A DNA stretch of 64,000 bases from Verrucomicrobiia bacterium (GCA_963664225.1 OY760937.1:1280001-1344000), one strand, 5' to 3'; positions 10,394 through 19,799 are shown, counted from the stretch's first letter. Notes: a model not told the origin generated them from the letters alone. Translations and numbers: made by a program.

Positions 10394-11299
10394 TTAAGCA
10401 GTCGCCTGCAAGACTTCGCGCTCCTCGTTCCCCCCGTCGGTGGGATCCTGAATGGGGATCTTCCCGCGGATAAAGTCGGCGGCGCGCTGGGCAGCCGAGG
10501 CCGCCCGAACAAGAATCCGGCTATCCTGCCGGAACACGCGCGCCCAGCCTTCGATGTAACTGGCCTGGAGCATTTCGGTGTCCGGATTCTGTATTCCCGC
10601 AAAGCCACACAGGAAGGCAGCGCCAAACTCAGCGACCAGCTCCTCGAAGGAATATTTTTCGACACGGTCGCCTTCGGCCTCGGCGAAGCGGTTCAAGCGC
10701 CGTGGATGGCCCGAGGAATGCACCAATTCATGGAAAAGGGTCGCGTAATACTCATCAGCACTCTCGAATTGGCTCAAGTGCGGCAAGGTGACGCGGTCCA
10801 AGCGCGGGCTGTAAGCGGGTTGCGCTATGATGGCATGGACGATTTCCGGTTTGTCGGGCATGACGTCGAGCATCTGATCGGCGAGCTGGACCCGGTCGTC
10901 AAGCCGGGGTTGGACGTCGTCATCGGGTCGTGCGACACCTTCGACTTGGTCGAGATTAAACACGGCGCTCACAAACGGCACGCAGGGAGCGATCTGTTGC
11001 TGGCCTGTGAGCTCGGCACGTCGGGCGAGTTCTTCGAGGGTGCGCCATTTCCAATAAACCACGGGCGTCGCGCGCTGGCCCTTACGGACGTGTCCGCCTT
11101 GGCGCTGGGCCTCCCGATAGGTGAGCCAATACGGGGAAGTGTATTCGGTGCAGCCCAGCACCAGAATATTAATACCGCGGTATTCCTTGGCGGTGGCGAG
11201 GCTCTTGGGCAGGCCCGTCTTCCAGGTCTTGCGCCAGGGGACTTGACCGGCGGCGAGTTGATTCAAAATGCGGGCGGTGACCGTTTCATAAATGCTCAT
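10394..11299 (-). CDS. ardC: ArdC-family anti-restriction protein (ssDNA-binding plus zincin-like domain)
   Basis: VPWRKTW, YRGIN, WLTYREA...GGHVRKG, VFNLDQ, HELVHSSGH, YSFEELVAE, SYIEGW. Confidence 0.92.
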   Translation of the reverse strand: MSIYETVTARILNQLAAGQVPWRKTWKTGLPKSLATAKEYRGINILVLGCTEYTSPYWLTYREAQRQGGHVRKGQRATPVVYWKWRTLEELARRAELTGQQQIAPCVPFVSAVFNLDQVEGVARPDDDVQPRLDDRVQLADQMLDVMPDKPEIVHAIIAQPAYSPRLDRVTLPHLSQFESADEYYATLFHELVHSSGHPRRLNRFAEAEGDRVEKYSFEELVAEFGAAFLCGFAGIQNPDTEMLQASYIEGWARVFRQDSRILVRAASAAQRAADFIRGKIPIQDPTDGGNEEREVLQATA

Positions 11300-11361
11300 G
11301 GTTCGTATCTCCTTGTTGGATTTAAAAGGCCGTCGGAGCGGATTCCCCGGCGGCGGGTTTT

Positions 11362-11643
11362 CTAATATTCCTCAAGCATCAACGTGGTTAACGACCGATC
11401 GGCTTCGGTAATGATCCAGAAGTGGGTCCCGTTCCGGTCCTGGTAAGCTGACAGGAGACGGAGGCCCTCAATTAAAGACACCTCGTTTTTCTGCGCGTCT
11501 GCGGGGACGATTTCACCCCAATCACCCGAGGCATGACGGCGCAGGCAAGCGCAGGCGTCGTCGGCATTGAGTCGCTTCGATGCGGTGGTCGTGATGACGA
11601 TTTGGCCCAAGGCGAAGCGTTGTTTCAATTGGCTCTGTTGCAT
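11362..11643 (-). CDS. small plasmid-associated conserved hypothetical protein
   Basis: F.LGQIV.T, RH..GDWG, N...L..G.RLLSAY, WIITEADRS.TT, a pattern typical of proteins near ardC. GGAGGA precedes ATG 11643. Confidence 0.75.
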   Translation of the reverse strand: MQQSQLKQRFALGQIVITTTASKRLNADDACACLRRHASGDWGEIVPADAQKNEVSLIEGLRLLSAYQDRNGTHFWIITEADRSLTTLMLEEY

Positions 11644-11686
11644 GACAATTTCCTCCAAAGTTTCACCCCGGCACCTCCCAAGAGCA

Positions 11687-11749
11687 GTTTCCCCTGGGAG
11701 GCGGGGTGTTTTCACAATTACTTGAAACACTCCGCCTCCCAGTGGAAAC
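11687..11749. promoter_or_regulatory. long inverted repeat (about 26-bp arms) upstream of the ardC operon
   Basis: gtttcccctgggaggcggggtgtttt-cacaattactt-gaaacactccgcctcccagtggaaac. Confidence 0.6.
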
Positions 11750-12052
11750 GAAAACAACAAAGGCAGCCCGCAGGGCTGACCACTTAGGACCGGGCGTAGT
11801 CAACCCCGGACCCGGCGGCGACTAGTTGCAGAATCCGTGACAGCGGAACCAGGAGAACGGACGCCACCTCGGTCCGCACCGCAGCCACACCCGGCAAGGG
11901 GGTTGCGCCCAGGCTCGGAGCTGGCGCGGATTGTGCCCTACCAAGCCGACGGGGCCGGGGGTGCGAAGCCCAAAGACACAGCCAGCCCGTCAGGGCTGAC
12001 CGATTGGGAATTTTGGAATTATGGAATTATGGAATTGGGGGTGACCGCTGTT

Positions 12053-13357
12053 TTACGGCTCGAGCAGTTTCATTTCGACCAGGACCGGACCGAGTTCGGT
12101 GAGCAGTTCCTGGGCTTCTTTGATGCGCTCGATGGCGTCGGGATAATGAAGATAGCTTGCTGAATTGATTTTCCAGCGCGGCCGCACCCGGTCGTTCGAA
12201 GAGGAAACAATGGATGCCATCGTGCTGCCCCCCTTGGGGGTTGACGCTAATGCACCGCTGTTCACGAGCCTGGTGAAGGAAAGCGGTTTCTTCTCGAGCG
12301 TGCTGCCTCTTATCTGCCAGTAACCGGGGGTGATGAAGGATGCCAGCTTGGCCTGAATTGCCGGGTCCGCCGCTTTCTTGCGGAGTTCAATCTTGTGCGC
12401 CTCGTCTCCGGCCGTCGCGACCGCCACCTTGTTTTTGGCTTCCTCCGTCTGCTGGTCGGCTTTCTTGATCAAGATATCGCGATCCAGCGCGGCCTTCTTT
12501 TCCTCCGACTCGGCGCGGATTTTCGCGGCCTCGCGGTTCGCCTCGTCAATTATTCGCTGGGCTTCCGCCTTGGCGAGCGTTTGAACCGCCTGATCTTTCG
12601 CCTCCGTAGTATTGTCTGCCAGCGTCTGACGAGTTTTGGTGGCGTCGGCTTCCGCCTGTTGCTGGAGGGCCACCTCGAGGGTCGGCGAACTCGGGCTGAG
12701 CGTGGCGGTGGTGTATTTAACCTTCGATTCCTGGATTAGCGAGGCAAGGACAGTGCGCACTTGCGCCACTTTCTGCAGATCCTGATTGGCGACGGACACT
12801 GCTTTCTGAGCACTGATTACGAGTTCCGGCTCGGGCTCATAAGCGGTCCCGGCTTGGGAAAGGATTTGCTGCTCCATCCGACGGGCGCCCTCCAACCGAG
12901 TGGTGATGTCCGGTGTTGGCGGCAGGTCCGGAATCTGCTTCTGGTAAAAGGCCCGGGTTTGATCGACGAGTTGTGGATACAAGGCGATGCGCTTGCCGTC
13001 CTCGTTGGTTTTGAGGGTGGTCGCGTCCAAGGTCAAACTGTTGACCTCCCTCAATAATTGCTCGAGTGCATTGGTTGCCACCTGGGTTTGTGCCAGCAGA
13101 TCTTTCTGACGGTTGGCTGCCATTGTGAGCTTGACTGCCTCAGCCCCTTTTTGGCGTTCCAGTTCATGTTGGTCCTGTGCCGCTTTCTGAGCCGCCATAT
13201 CGGTTCGAAGCTTGGCGTTCTCACGGTTCAGATAATAAAACACCCCGCCCACAGCGGCCAGGCCGACCAGGGTGAAAACCAAAAGCGCGAGGAATGCGGC
13301 CCAGATTGGAATGCCTTGGGGTTTGTCAGATTGAGGCTTGGATTGGGTTTTATTCAT
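12053..13357 (-). CDS. single-pass membrane, coiled-coil hypothetical protein at the end of the mob operon
   Basis: 434 aa with an N-terminal hydrophobic helix and long A/E/K/Q-rich heptads; 15 nt downstream of the coupling protein gene. Confidence 0.75.
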   Translation of the reverse strand: MNKTQSKPQSDKPQGIPIWAAFLALLVFTLVGLAAVGGVFYYLNRENAKLRTDMAAQKAAQDQHELERQKGAEAVKLTMAANRQKDLLAQTQVATNALEQLLREVNSLTLDATTLKTNEDGKRIALYPQLVDQTRAFYQKQIPDLPPTPDITTRLEGARRMEQQILSQAGTAYEPEPELVISAQKAVSVANQDLQKVAQVRTVLASLIQESKVKYTTATLSPSSPTLEVALQQQAEADATKTRQTLADNTTEAKDQAVQTLAKAEAQRIIDEANREAAKIRAESEEKKAALDRDILIKKADQQTEEAKNKVAVATAGDEAHKIELRKKAADPAIQAKLASFITPGYWQIRGSTLEKKPLSFTRLVNSGALASTPKGGSTMASIVSSSNDRVRPRWKINSASYLHYPDAIERIKEAQELLTELGPVLVEMKLLEP

Positions 13358-13371
13358 GATCGATGCGTGGC

Positions 13372-14994
13372 TCAGGGTTGTGTGTCTTCCGGGGGGAACC
13401 CGGGAAGATTGGGAGGCGGCAGCCGACGGCGGCCAGGCTTGGATCGGGCTCCAGCGGAGGCTTTCTTTGAAGTCGGCTTCAGGCCAAACAATGTTTTCTC
13501 TTCGTTAGCCGTCCATTCCTTGAGTTTCTGGCTCTCTGCGTCGGGGTGCGGCACGAACGCCTGGACCTCCTTGTCAGGCGGCCGCCGCCAGGCGTTTACC
13601 TCGTCGAACCACCGCTCGGTGATCACGATGCAATTCAGCCATGGGACATCGTGGACGGCTTTAAATTCTTTACGCGGACCGGTGAACGGCAGGTCCATGA
13701 AATAGGACGCCAACAAAGTGGGCCGGTCCTGAAGATTATATTGGACTGAAGTGGAATTTCCCGATTTGTCGCCACTACTCTCGCTGAAGACCGGCTCGGT
13801 GCGCCGGGTCTTGCCAAAATAACTCTCAGCCCAAGCCGCCGTTTTCGGATCCCCCAGCCGTAGAAAACTTTTGTTGGCGCACGCTCCCAAAATATCCTCG
13901 GCACGGTGCTCATTGTAGATATCTATCAAGCCCTCGATGGTTTGAAGGGCGAGCAGGACCGAGGCCCCTTTTGCCCGTCCGCGATTGAGCAGATTGTGAA
14001 TGGAGTCCACTTTTTCCATGGCGCGAAACTCGTCTAACACGAACCAGTGCCTGGGGCGGCGGTTGTTGGGACCGCGCAGGATTTCGTCCGTCAGCGCCTT
14101 GATCACGATGGCGTTGATCGGCCACAGACTTTCATGGAGCACGGGATCATATCCCAGCACCAACACACCGGGGCGTTGAAGAAACCTGTCGATGGAGAAG
14201 CGAGGTCCCGCTTCGCGGGTGTGCCACAGTGCGGCGACCTCCTCAAACCGGGCCAGCTTGGTGGTCAGGGTCGATAGCACCCCGAAAGCGTGCTTGTCGT
14301 CATTCAGGATGGCTCCTGCCAGCCGACTGGCACGTGTATGGCCGGTCGTCACGGCCACGATGTGTTCCTTCGAGTCCAGTGCGCAAAGCAAGTCGCGGAG
14401 AGTCCAGCGCGATTGCATAATCCGATTCAGTCCCCACATCGCATACACCACCAGATCGCGCGCGGCGGAGGCAAAGAAAGGCGACGTGGATGTGGGTTCC
14501 TGGGGCACCAAAAGCGTGGCGATATAGCGAGCCATGGCCGGGGTCTTCGCCGCCTCGGCGAGGTTCCAGACCGCACACCGTTCGTCGAACGGGTTCAAGA
14601 TCCAGAAGTTGTCCTGTCCGTGCCGCAGACCCAAGCCGGCCAGCGTGGGCAGAATGTCTCGCTTTGCGTCGAAGATAATCAACTGCTCCGGTTGCGTCCT
14701 GTTGGGGTGGAATCGCGGGGCGATGGACTGGAGGAATAAGTCAATCGCTGTCGTTTTGCCGGCTCCCACAGCCCCGGTAATCAGAAAGTGCTTCGCGGCT
14801 TCCTCGATCGGCATGTTGCGCATGGCCCAATAGACCTGATCTTCGTTGAAGCAGATCGCGCAGGGCAACTGTTGTCGCCGCGATTGCCGGCCCTTGCCGG
14901 ATTGCGTGGGTCTTGCGAGAATGCTTAGGAGCGAAGGTTCCGCCGCTTTCTCGCGAGCGACTTTGCCAAACATGTCCCAGAAGGAGCGGTTCAT
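13372..14994 (-). CDS. type IV coupling protein ATPase (TrwB/TraD-like) without an N-terminal membrane anchor
   Basis: HFLITGAVGAGKT, IIFDAK, LNPFDER...WN, FF..AAR, WFVLDEF, RGRAKGASVLL..Q. Confidence 0.88.
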   Translation of the reverse strand: MNRSFWDMFGKVAREKAAEPSLLSILARPTQSGKGRQSRRQQLPCAICFNEDQVYWAMRNMPIEEAAKHFLITGAVGAGKTTAIDLFLQSIAPRFHPNRTQPEQLIIFDAKRDILPTLAGLGLRHGQDNFWILNPFDERCAVWNLAEAAKTPAMARYIATLLVPQEPTSTSPFFASAARDLVVYAMWGLNRIMQSRWTLRDLLCALDSKEHIVAVTTGHTRASRLAGAILNDDKHAFGVLSTLTTKLARFEEVAALWHTREAGPRFSIDRFLQRPGVLVLGYDPVLHESLWPINAIVIKALTDEILRGPNNRRPRHWFVLDEFRAMEKVDSIHNLLNRGRAKGASVLLALQTIEGLIDIYNEHRAEDILGACANKSFLRLGDPKTAAWAESYFGKTRRTEPVFSESSGDKSGNSTSVQYNLQDRPTLLASYFMDLPFTGPRKEFKAVHDVPWLNCIVITERWFDEVNAWRRPPDKEVQAFVPHPDAESQKLKEWTANEEKTLFGLKPTSKKASAGARSKPGRRRLPPPNLPGFPPEDTQP

Positions 14995-14996
14995 AT

Positions 14997-15779
14997 TCAA
15001 TCGTATATTCCGGCGCGTCCCTGGGGATCGGAGGGATTAATGTTCTGTGGCCCCCCCACAATGATGTTGGCAGCCCCCAGATAGGCCGGCCAGAAGAAAC
15101 GGCACAACACCCAAGAGCCAGCCCACGAGACCACGAAAAGGCCGGCCAAAATGCTTGACCGCGTCCACCACGCCCCGATGAAATTCTGCGTCAGTAGGAG
15201 CAGGGTCAGGTAGTTGACGACCACTCCCAGCTTTACCAGCCCAGAGGTGTGGCACGAAAAGGAGGTCCAGACGTTCTTCGGCACCAGCAGCGCGGCCAAC
15301 AGGGCGAAAGCCGCAAAATACAATATCGACAGTGTCGCCTGGCCCACCCAATCCTTGGCATGATGCGTCTCCGTGTATCCCAGCATCCACCAAAGCAGGG
15401 TCAGGCTCAACAGGAGGTAGCCCCACTGGATGCGTCTGGTCGTCTTGTCATCAATGCGCTTTACGGACCTCCGCCAACGTCGGCGCAAAGGCGTCAAGGT
15501 CAACTCGACCGCAGCAGCGACGGTCATGGGCTGACCGCAGTGGATACAGTTGCGTGCGCGCAATGGGGAGGTCCGTTTGCAGGTAGGACATCTGAGAGAA
15601 GTGATTCGGGTTAACCAGCGGCCGAGGCTGCGCGCGAAAATGGCCAGCAGTGTGAAGGGACCGAAGACCTTGCCGCAATGAGAACAAGAACGGTCAAACA
15701 GACTCAAGCCGTTCCCACATTCGGAACAAGCGAGTATTATGCGTTCAGTGCGAGTGTCCCTGGTCCTTCGATTTGGCAT
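14997..15779 (-). CDS. double zinc-ribbon membrane protein (about 4 TM helices)
   Basis: CSEC...CSHCG and CPTC...CIHCG followed by hydrophobic segments. Overlaps the relaxase end and abuts the coupling protein start. Confidence 0.75.
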   Translation of the reverse strand: MPNRRTRDTRTERIILACSECGNGLSLFDRSCSHCGKVFGPFTLLAIFARSLGRWLTRITSLRCPTCKRTSPLRARNCIHCGQPMTVAAAVELTLTPLRRRWRRSVKRIDDKTTRRIQWGYLLLSLTLLWWMLGYTETHHAKDWVGQATLSILYFAAFALLAALLVPKNVWTSFSCHTSGLVKLGVVVNYLTLLLLTQNFIGAWWTRSSILAGLFVVSWAGSWVLCRFFWPAYLGAANIIVGGPQNINPSDPQGRAGIYD

Positions 15780-17754
15780 TTTTTTGAGCTGGCCGTTTCG
15801 ATTTGTGCGACGGTTTGAATGCCTTCCACTTTGACTTCTTTAGCGTGAAACGCAAGGCTAAAGCGGTCCGTCCATAAAACGGGCTCCATTGAGGGGCGTT
15901 TCGGAAAAGGATGCGATCCTGGAGGCGCACCTCAAACAGTTTGAAGTCCTTCTTCCATTTTATAGTCCACCAACGCGGATCACGATTGCCCACGACAATC
16001 ACCGGCGCCTTTAATTTCCTGGCCGGACTCCAGTTCGGGGCCTTGGGAAACAATTGCTTCCACTCGATGCGAATGAAGGCTGGCCGCTCGGGAACTCGTT
16101 TGTTGCGGGTGCCGCTTTGTGCCGGGCGCGCTTTTGTGTCCGGCTTTTTTCGACCCTTGTCCTGACGGGCATTTTTCGCACTCGCATTGCCGGTGCCGTG
16201 GCCTTGCTCCCGATTCCCCTGGCGCGCCTCTTCAGGCGGATCCCAAAGATCAAGGGCGTGTTGAGCTTTCTGGCCGCTCGCAGCGCTTTCTGGCCAAGCG
16301 GACTGCTGGTCAGTAGGAGTGATCCTTTCCTTCGCCTTCAATTGGCCGGATTTCTTCGTGGGGAACGGTTTCGTTTCGGACCCAACCGTTTGCTTTTGGT
16401 CGAATCCGGGCTCATTCTCGGTGCGATTGCCCGTTAACTGGCTTGGTTCAACCCGCGGTGGGGGGATGAGTTCTCCAGGCAACGAACCCAATAAACTGCG
16501 TTGATCCGCCTGGTCTGATGCCAAACCCGTATGCTTGGTGGCAGCGGCTTCCTGTTTTAGCCCCGCCTCGCGAACGGACTGCCGTGACGCGGGCGGCTCA
16601 TGTTGTTCATGGTGGCCTTCGTGTTGTGACATGGTCCGGTCCTGCCAACGCGGCTGCCAGAGAACCCCACGACCGTCCGACATGCGAAGTTGGGTCAGAC
16701 TTTGGAAGAGCGTTTGGCCGTCGGCCCCTTTTTGGAGGGCGATCCCAGCCGCCAGGCGGATCAGCGGCGCGCGCGCTTGTTTTTCCCGGGGAGCCTCATG
16801 AACGGCTTGCCCGACCAACTTATCCAACGTCTCCGTCCGGATGGAATCCTGCCTTTCAGCGCCGATGAGCTTCATTGCCTGCTCGCGGCTCCAGCCATAC
16901 TCCTTGCCCTTCTCCTGCCAGTGGGCGAAGAGCAGGTCCGGAGCCGCCTCTTCCTTGTGCGGACGTGTCGCCTTTGCGACCGTTTGCGCCGCCACCGCCC
17001 CCGTTAGTCCGCGCTCGTTCATCGTCTGTTTGATGGTTTGGCCGCGCTTCGAGAAATAGCGACAGAGTTCTTGGGGAACCCCACGAATTCCGAAACCAAC
17101 TTTTTCCGGTTCGATGTTCAGACCCAGCCGTTGGTTAAGCTTGGACGCTAGGTCCGCCTGATAGATTGCTCCCAGGGCCATTTTCCAACGAAAGAGATTC
17201 AGAGTGGAGATCGACCCGTAGGTCCCGCTCTGGCGGCGACCGAGATTGATCAAGACGGCATGGGTGTGCAGGTGCGGATCCTGTGCCCGCGACGTGCCCT
17301 CCTGGAACGTGGCCCAGAGCAACTCCGCAGGCTCCTTGATTTTGCCTCCAGGGCCGGTTCGCGTGATGCCGCCAATCTCTTCGGCAATTCTCAGCGTCGT
17401 ATGGAGCGCCTCCCGGCGGCATTCCTCAATCTGACGCCGGACGTCCAGTGGCGACATCGCCCAAAACGTCGAAACCGCCTTTGGGTCGTTGAATGTCATG
17501 TCCCAGCACGCCTGCCGATCCGGATGACCCGCATTTTGGACCAGCCCCTTCCCTCCATCCGGTGAGAAACCGTTCAACAGGTTGCGAAACTCCTCCCGTT
17601 GCACGGTCTGCCCCAATCCCAGGGGCTGCGCCGCCTTTCCAAACCACAGCCCTTTCTTGTCGATGCCATTGAGGTAGTAATCCTCCTTGCGTTCGTCCGT
17701 GTAATAATCGACGGCGGCGGCCGCACTTTTCATCGGGTGGGAGAGAGAGAGCAT
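15745..17754 (-). CDS. MOBF (TrwC-type) relaxase without a helicase domain
   Basis: DYYTDERKEDYY (two YY pairs), W.GK.A..LGL, D.TF..PK.VS, TSRAQDPHLHTH, FSKR; low-complexity C-terminal half. Confidence 0.92.
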   Translation of the reverse strand: MLSLSHPMKSAAAAVDYYTDERKEDYYLNGIDKKGLWFGKAAQPLGLGQTVQREEFRNLLNGFSPDGGKGLVQNAGHPDRQACWDMTFNDPKAVSTFWAMSPLDVRRQIEECRREALHTTLRIAEEIGGITRTGPGGKIKEPAELLWATFQEGTSRAQDPHLHTHAVLINLGRRQSGTYGSISTLNLFRWKMALGAIYQADLASKLNQRLGLNIEPEKVGFGIRGVPQELCRYFSKRGQTIKQTMNERGLTGAVAAQTVAKATRPHKEEAAPDLLFAHWQEKGKEYGWSREQAMKLIGAERQDSIRTETLDKLVGQAVHEAPREKQARAPLIRLAAGIALQKGADGQTLFQSLTQLRMSDGRGVLWQPRWQDRTMSQHEGHHEQHEPPASRQSVREAGLKQEAAATKHTGLASDQADQRSLLGSLPGELIPPPRVEPSQLTGNRTENEPGFDQKQTVGSETKPFPTKKSGQLKAKERITPTDQQSAWPESAASGQKAQHALDLWDPPEEARQGNREQGHGTGNASAKNARQDKGRKKPDTKARPAQSGTRNKRVPERPAFIRIEWKQLFPKAPNWSPARKLKAPVIVVGNRDPRWWTIKWKKDFKLFEVRLQDRILFRNAPQWSPFYGRTALALRFTLKKSKWKAFKPSHKSKRPAQKNAKSKDQGHSH

Positions 17755-17756
17755 AT

Positions 17757-18068
17757 TCAGTTGCGGTTAAGCATGGTTTTCACCCAGTCACGCGCTTGTT
17801 TCTCGCTGACCCGCCCTGCGGAGGCCAACAGGGCTTCCACGGCCAGGGCCAGGTCTTTATTCAATTGCTGCATTTGTTGATGCACAATGCCAACGGCGTT
17901 GCCCACCGCCGCAAGTCCCTCTGCCGCGAGCAGGCTCTCGACAACGTAATGCCGGGCCAGTTCGTGCGGACTGACACCCAGGCGGGCAGCGCGTTCGGCC
18001 AGCAGGCCCGCCTGGTCGGGTTCAAGGCGAAAACCGATGACGACACGAATCTGAGACGGGGATTTCAT
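17757..18068 (-). CDS. probable ribbon-helix-helix relaxosome accessory protein
   Basis: VIGFRL...L.ERA..LGVS.HELAR..V; lies 3 nt upstream of the relaxase. Confidence 0.65.
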   Translation of the reverse strand: MKSPSQIRVVIGFRLEPDQAGLLAERAARLGVSPHELARHYVVESLLAAEGLAAVGNAVGIVHQQMQQLNKDLALAVEALLASAGRVSEKQARDWVKTMLNRN

Positions 18069-18403
18069 CGGGTGGGACGGTTAGAGTTGGCGAGGAGTAG
18101 TCCGGCCGCCGGGCCACCATTGGGCGGGGTGCGACGCTGGTTCTTCTGTCGCCAATGGTGTTGGAGGGTGTTGGTGACCCGCGCCAGCCACGCCGGGTCC
18201 CGGGAGAGTTTGAGAATCTCCGGCGTCGCGAAGAACTTGGTCCCGTTCGGGGATGGGTTGCCGAGGGGCTTGAGTACGCGGGCGGCCACGAGGATGGCGA
18301 TGTCATGCGGCTGGCAATTGAGCACCCAGGCGGTTTGCTCGACGGTCAGGCGTGCTGGCGTGCCGGCCAACAGGGACAGAAACTGGCGTTGTTCATCGTT
18401 CAT
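18065..18403 (-). CDS. putative HTH DNA-binding protein, first gene of the mob operon
   Basis: PARLTVEQTAWVL....DI.IL.....LKPLG; 4-nt overlap with the next gene. Confidence 0.65.
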   Translation of the reverse strand: MNDEQRQFLSLLAGTPARLTVEQTAWVLNCQPHDIAILVAARVLKPLGNPSPNGTKFFATPEILKLSRDPAWLARVTNTLQHHWRQKNQRRTPPNGGPAAGLLLANSNRPTR

Positions 18404-18542
18404 GGTTTTGGAGAGGGCTGGACCGGGGACGTCCCGATCTGGCCTTCCAAAGGGTCCAGTCGTTGGAGGGAGTGATTGCGAACAAAATATTTGATTAAAT
18501 TCTGCAGTTGAAGCGCGCGGTTGATTTCTTTAGGTTGCGGTC

Positions 18543-19130
18543 GTGGCCAATGAATTAGTCGCGTTAGCCCACGTCTGCCGTGACACAACCGAACTCCACG
18601 AGCGCGTGCGATTTGCCGAGGAGATCGTGGTGCGGGTCGGTCCAATGCTGCGCGTGTTTGTGGCGAGGCGATGTCCTCCGGCAGCAGTCGATGATGTCGT
18701 GCAGGAAACTTTGATCGGCATCGGCAGAGGTGCGGGCTGCTTCCATGGCAAAACGGATCGCGAGTTCTGGCGCTGGTGTTACAGGATAGCGTTTAATAAG
18801 CTGACCAACCACCTTCGCCGGGAAGGTGTCCAGCAGACCGCGTCCCTCGATAACGAGGAGATCTGGCGTGCCGTCGAGGCCACCATGGAGGACTCGACGA
18901 TGCAGCCCGGAGATCGCCTGGACCTCGAAGAGGCGATGGATCTTCTCCGTCAATCCAAACCGCCCTGCGTGGGTTATTTGACTTTACACTTCATCGAGGG
19001 CTTGGATCCTGCCGAACTTGCAGAGCTTTACCACTCCACCCCCAGTGCCATCCGAATGCAGATCATCCGGTGTTTGTCTTTGGCGCACAAAATGCTAACC
19101 AAATCCTCCTCCATTTATGAGCAACGATAA
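18543..19130 (+). CDS. ECF-type RNA polymerase sigma factor
   Basis: DDVVQET, F..W.YRIA.NK...H.RR (region 2) and a C-terminal HTH (ELAEL....SAIR..I.R). Confidence 0.8.
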   Translation: MANELVALAHVCRDTTELHERVRFAEEIVVRVGPMLRVFVARRCPPAAVDDVVQETLIGIGRGAGCFHGKTDREFWRWCYRIAFNKLTNHLRREGVQQTASLDNEEIWRAVEATMEDSTMQPGDRLDLEEAMDLLRQSKPPCVGYLTLHFIEGLDPAELAELYHSTPSAIRMQIIRCLSLAHKMLTKSSSIYEQR

Positions 19131-19398
19131 CACCAAAGAGGCCGCGAAACTGAGCCAGCTCGGCGAACGGGCGCGCGCGGGTTTGGCCAAGTTGCATCCA
19201 GTCAGCGAGCAGCATCTGGCCGCCGTCCGTGCCGCCGTCCGCCAACAGTGGGATCAGGAGCATGCGGGCAAGTCATCCTCCAAGACGCAACAATCTGCCG
19301 GGCAATCGCAATTAAATCAGCCACCGTCCGCGCAACAGGCGCAGGCCGCGAAGCCGAAGCGGCAGTCCAAATCACAAGACCACGGTCACAGCCATTGA
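19117..19398 (+). CDS. small hypothetical protein (93 aa) with a relaxase-like C-terminal tail
   Basis: Overlaps the sigma stop by 14 nt. Helical N-half, Q/S-rich linker, ends SKSQDHGHSH. Confidence 0.7.
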   Translation: MSNDNTKEAAKLSQLGERARAGLAKLHPVSEQHLAAVRAAVRQQWDQEHAGKSSSKTQQSAGQSQLNQPPSAQQAQAAKPKRQSKSQDHGHSH

Positions 19399-19538
19399 GT
19401 GACCGTCCTGGCCGAAGGGTGAGGATTGATTAAAGGCTCAATCCCCGAAAGCCGTGAACCCTCGAGCCAACAGCGGAAGACATTTGGTCCTTTGGTAATT
19501 GGCTATTGTCCTTTGGTTTTGATAATTGGCATTTACCG

Positions 19539-19799
19539 TTATGCGGACGGTTCTTCCTTCTCCTGGCCTTGCTTGAAGATCCAGGTGTGTGACAGGTCGG
19601 CGACCTTGCGGAGCACCAGCAGGTCATCCCGCCCGAAGGAGTCGGTCGATTTCCACTGGTCGTCTTCCTTTTCTTTGTAGATGCGGCTGAACGTGACGTT
19701 GTAGCGCACACCCCCGGCCGTGTCGTTCTTCCAGATGGCGGCCTTGACGGTGCCGATCCGGATCTCTTGTATGGGTCTGTCTTTGGGTTTGAGCATCAT
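19539..19799 (-). CDS. small conserved hypothetical protein, possibly nucleic-acid binding
   Basis: P..EIRIG.VKAAIW.N....YNVTFSR.YK....WKST.SFGRDDL, a pattern seen on PVC mobile elements. Confidence 0.7.
   Translation of the reverse strand: MMLKPKDRPIQEIRIGTVKAAIWKNDTAGGVRYNVTFSRIYKEKEDDQWKSTDSFGRDDLLVLRKVADLSHTWIFKQGQEKEEPSA

Noticed and set aside
18404..18542. Candidate oriT upstream of the mob operon
   Set aside because: Short inverted repeats (CTGGACC..GGTCCAG, GGGACGTCCC) are present but I recognised no MOBF nic sequence.
19480..19535. Heptamer-like repeats (and GGAATT repeats at 12003-12040)
   Set aside because: Short intergenic simple repeats with no further support for function.
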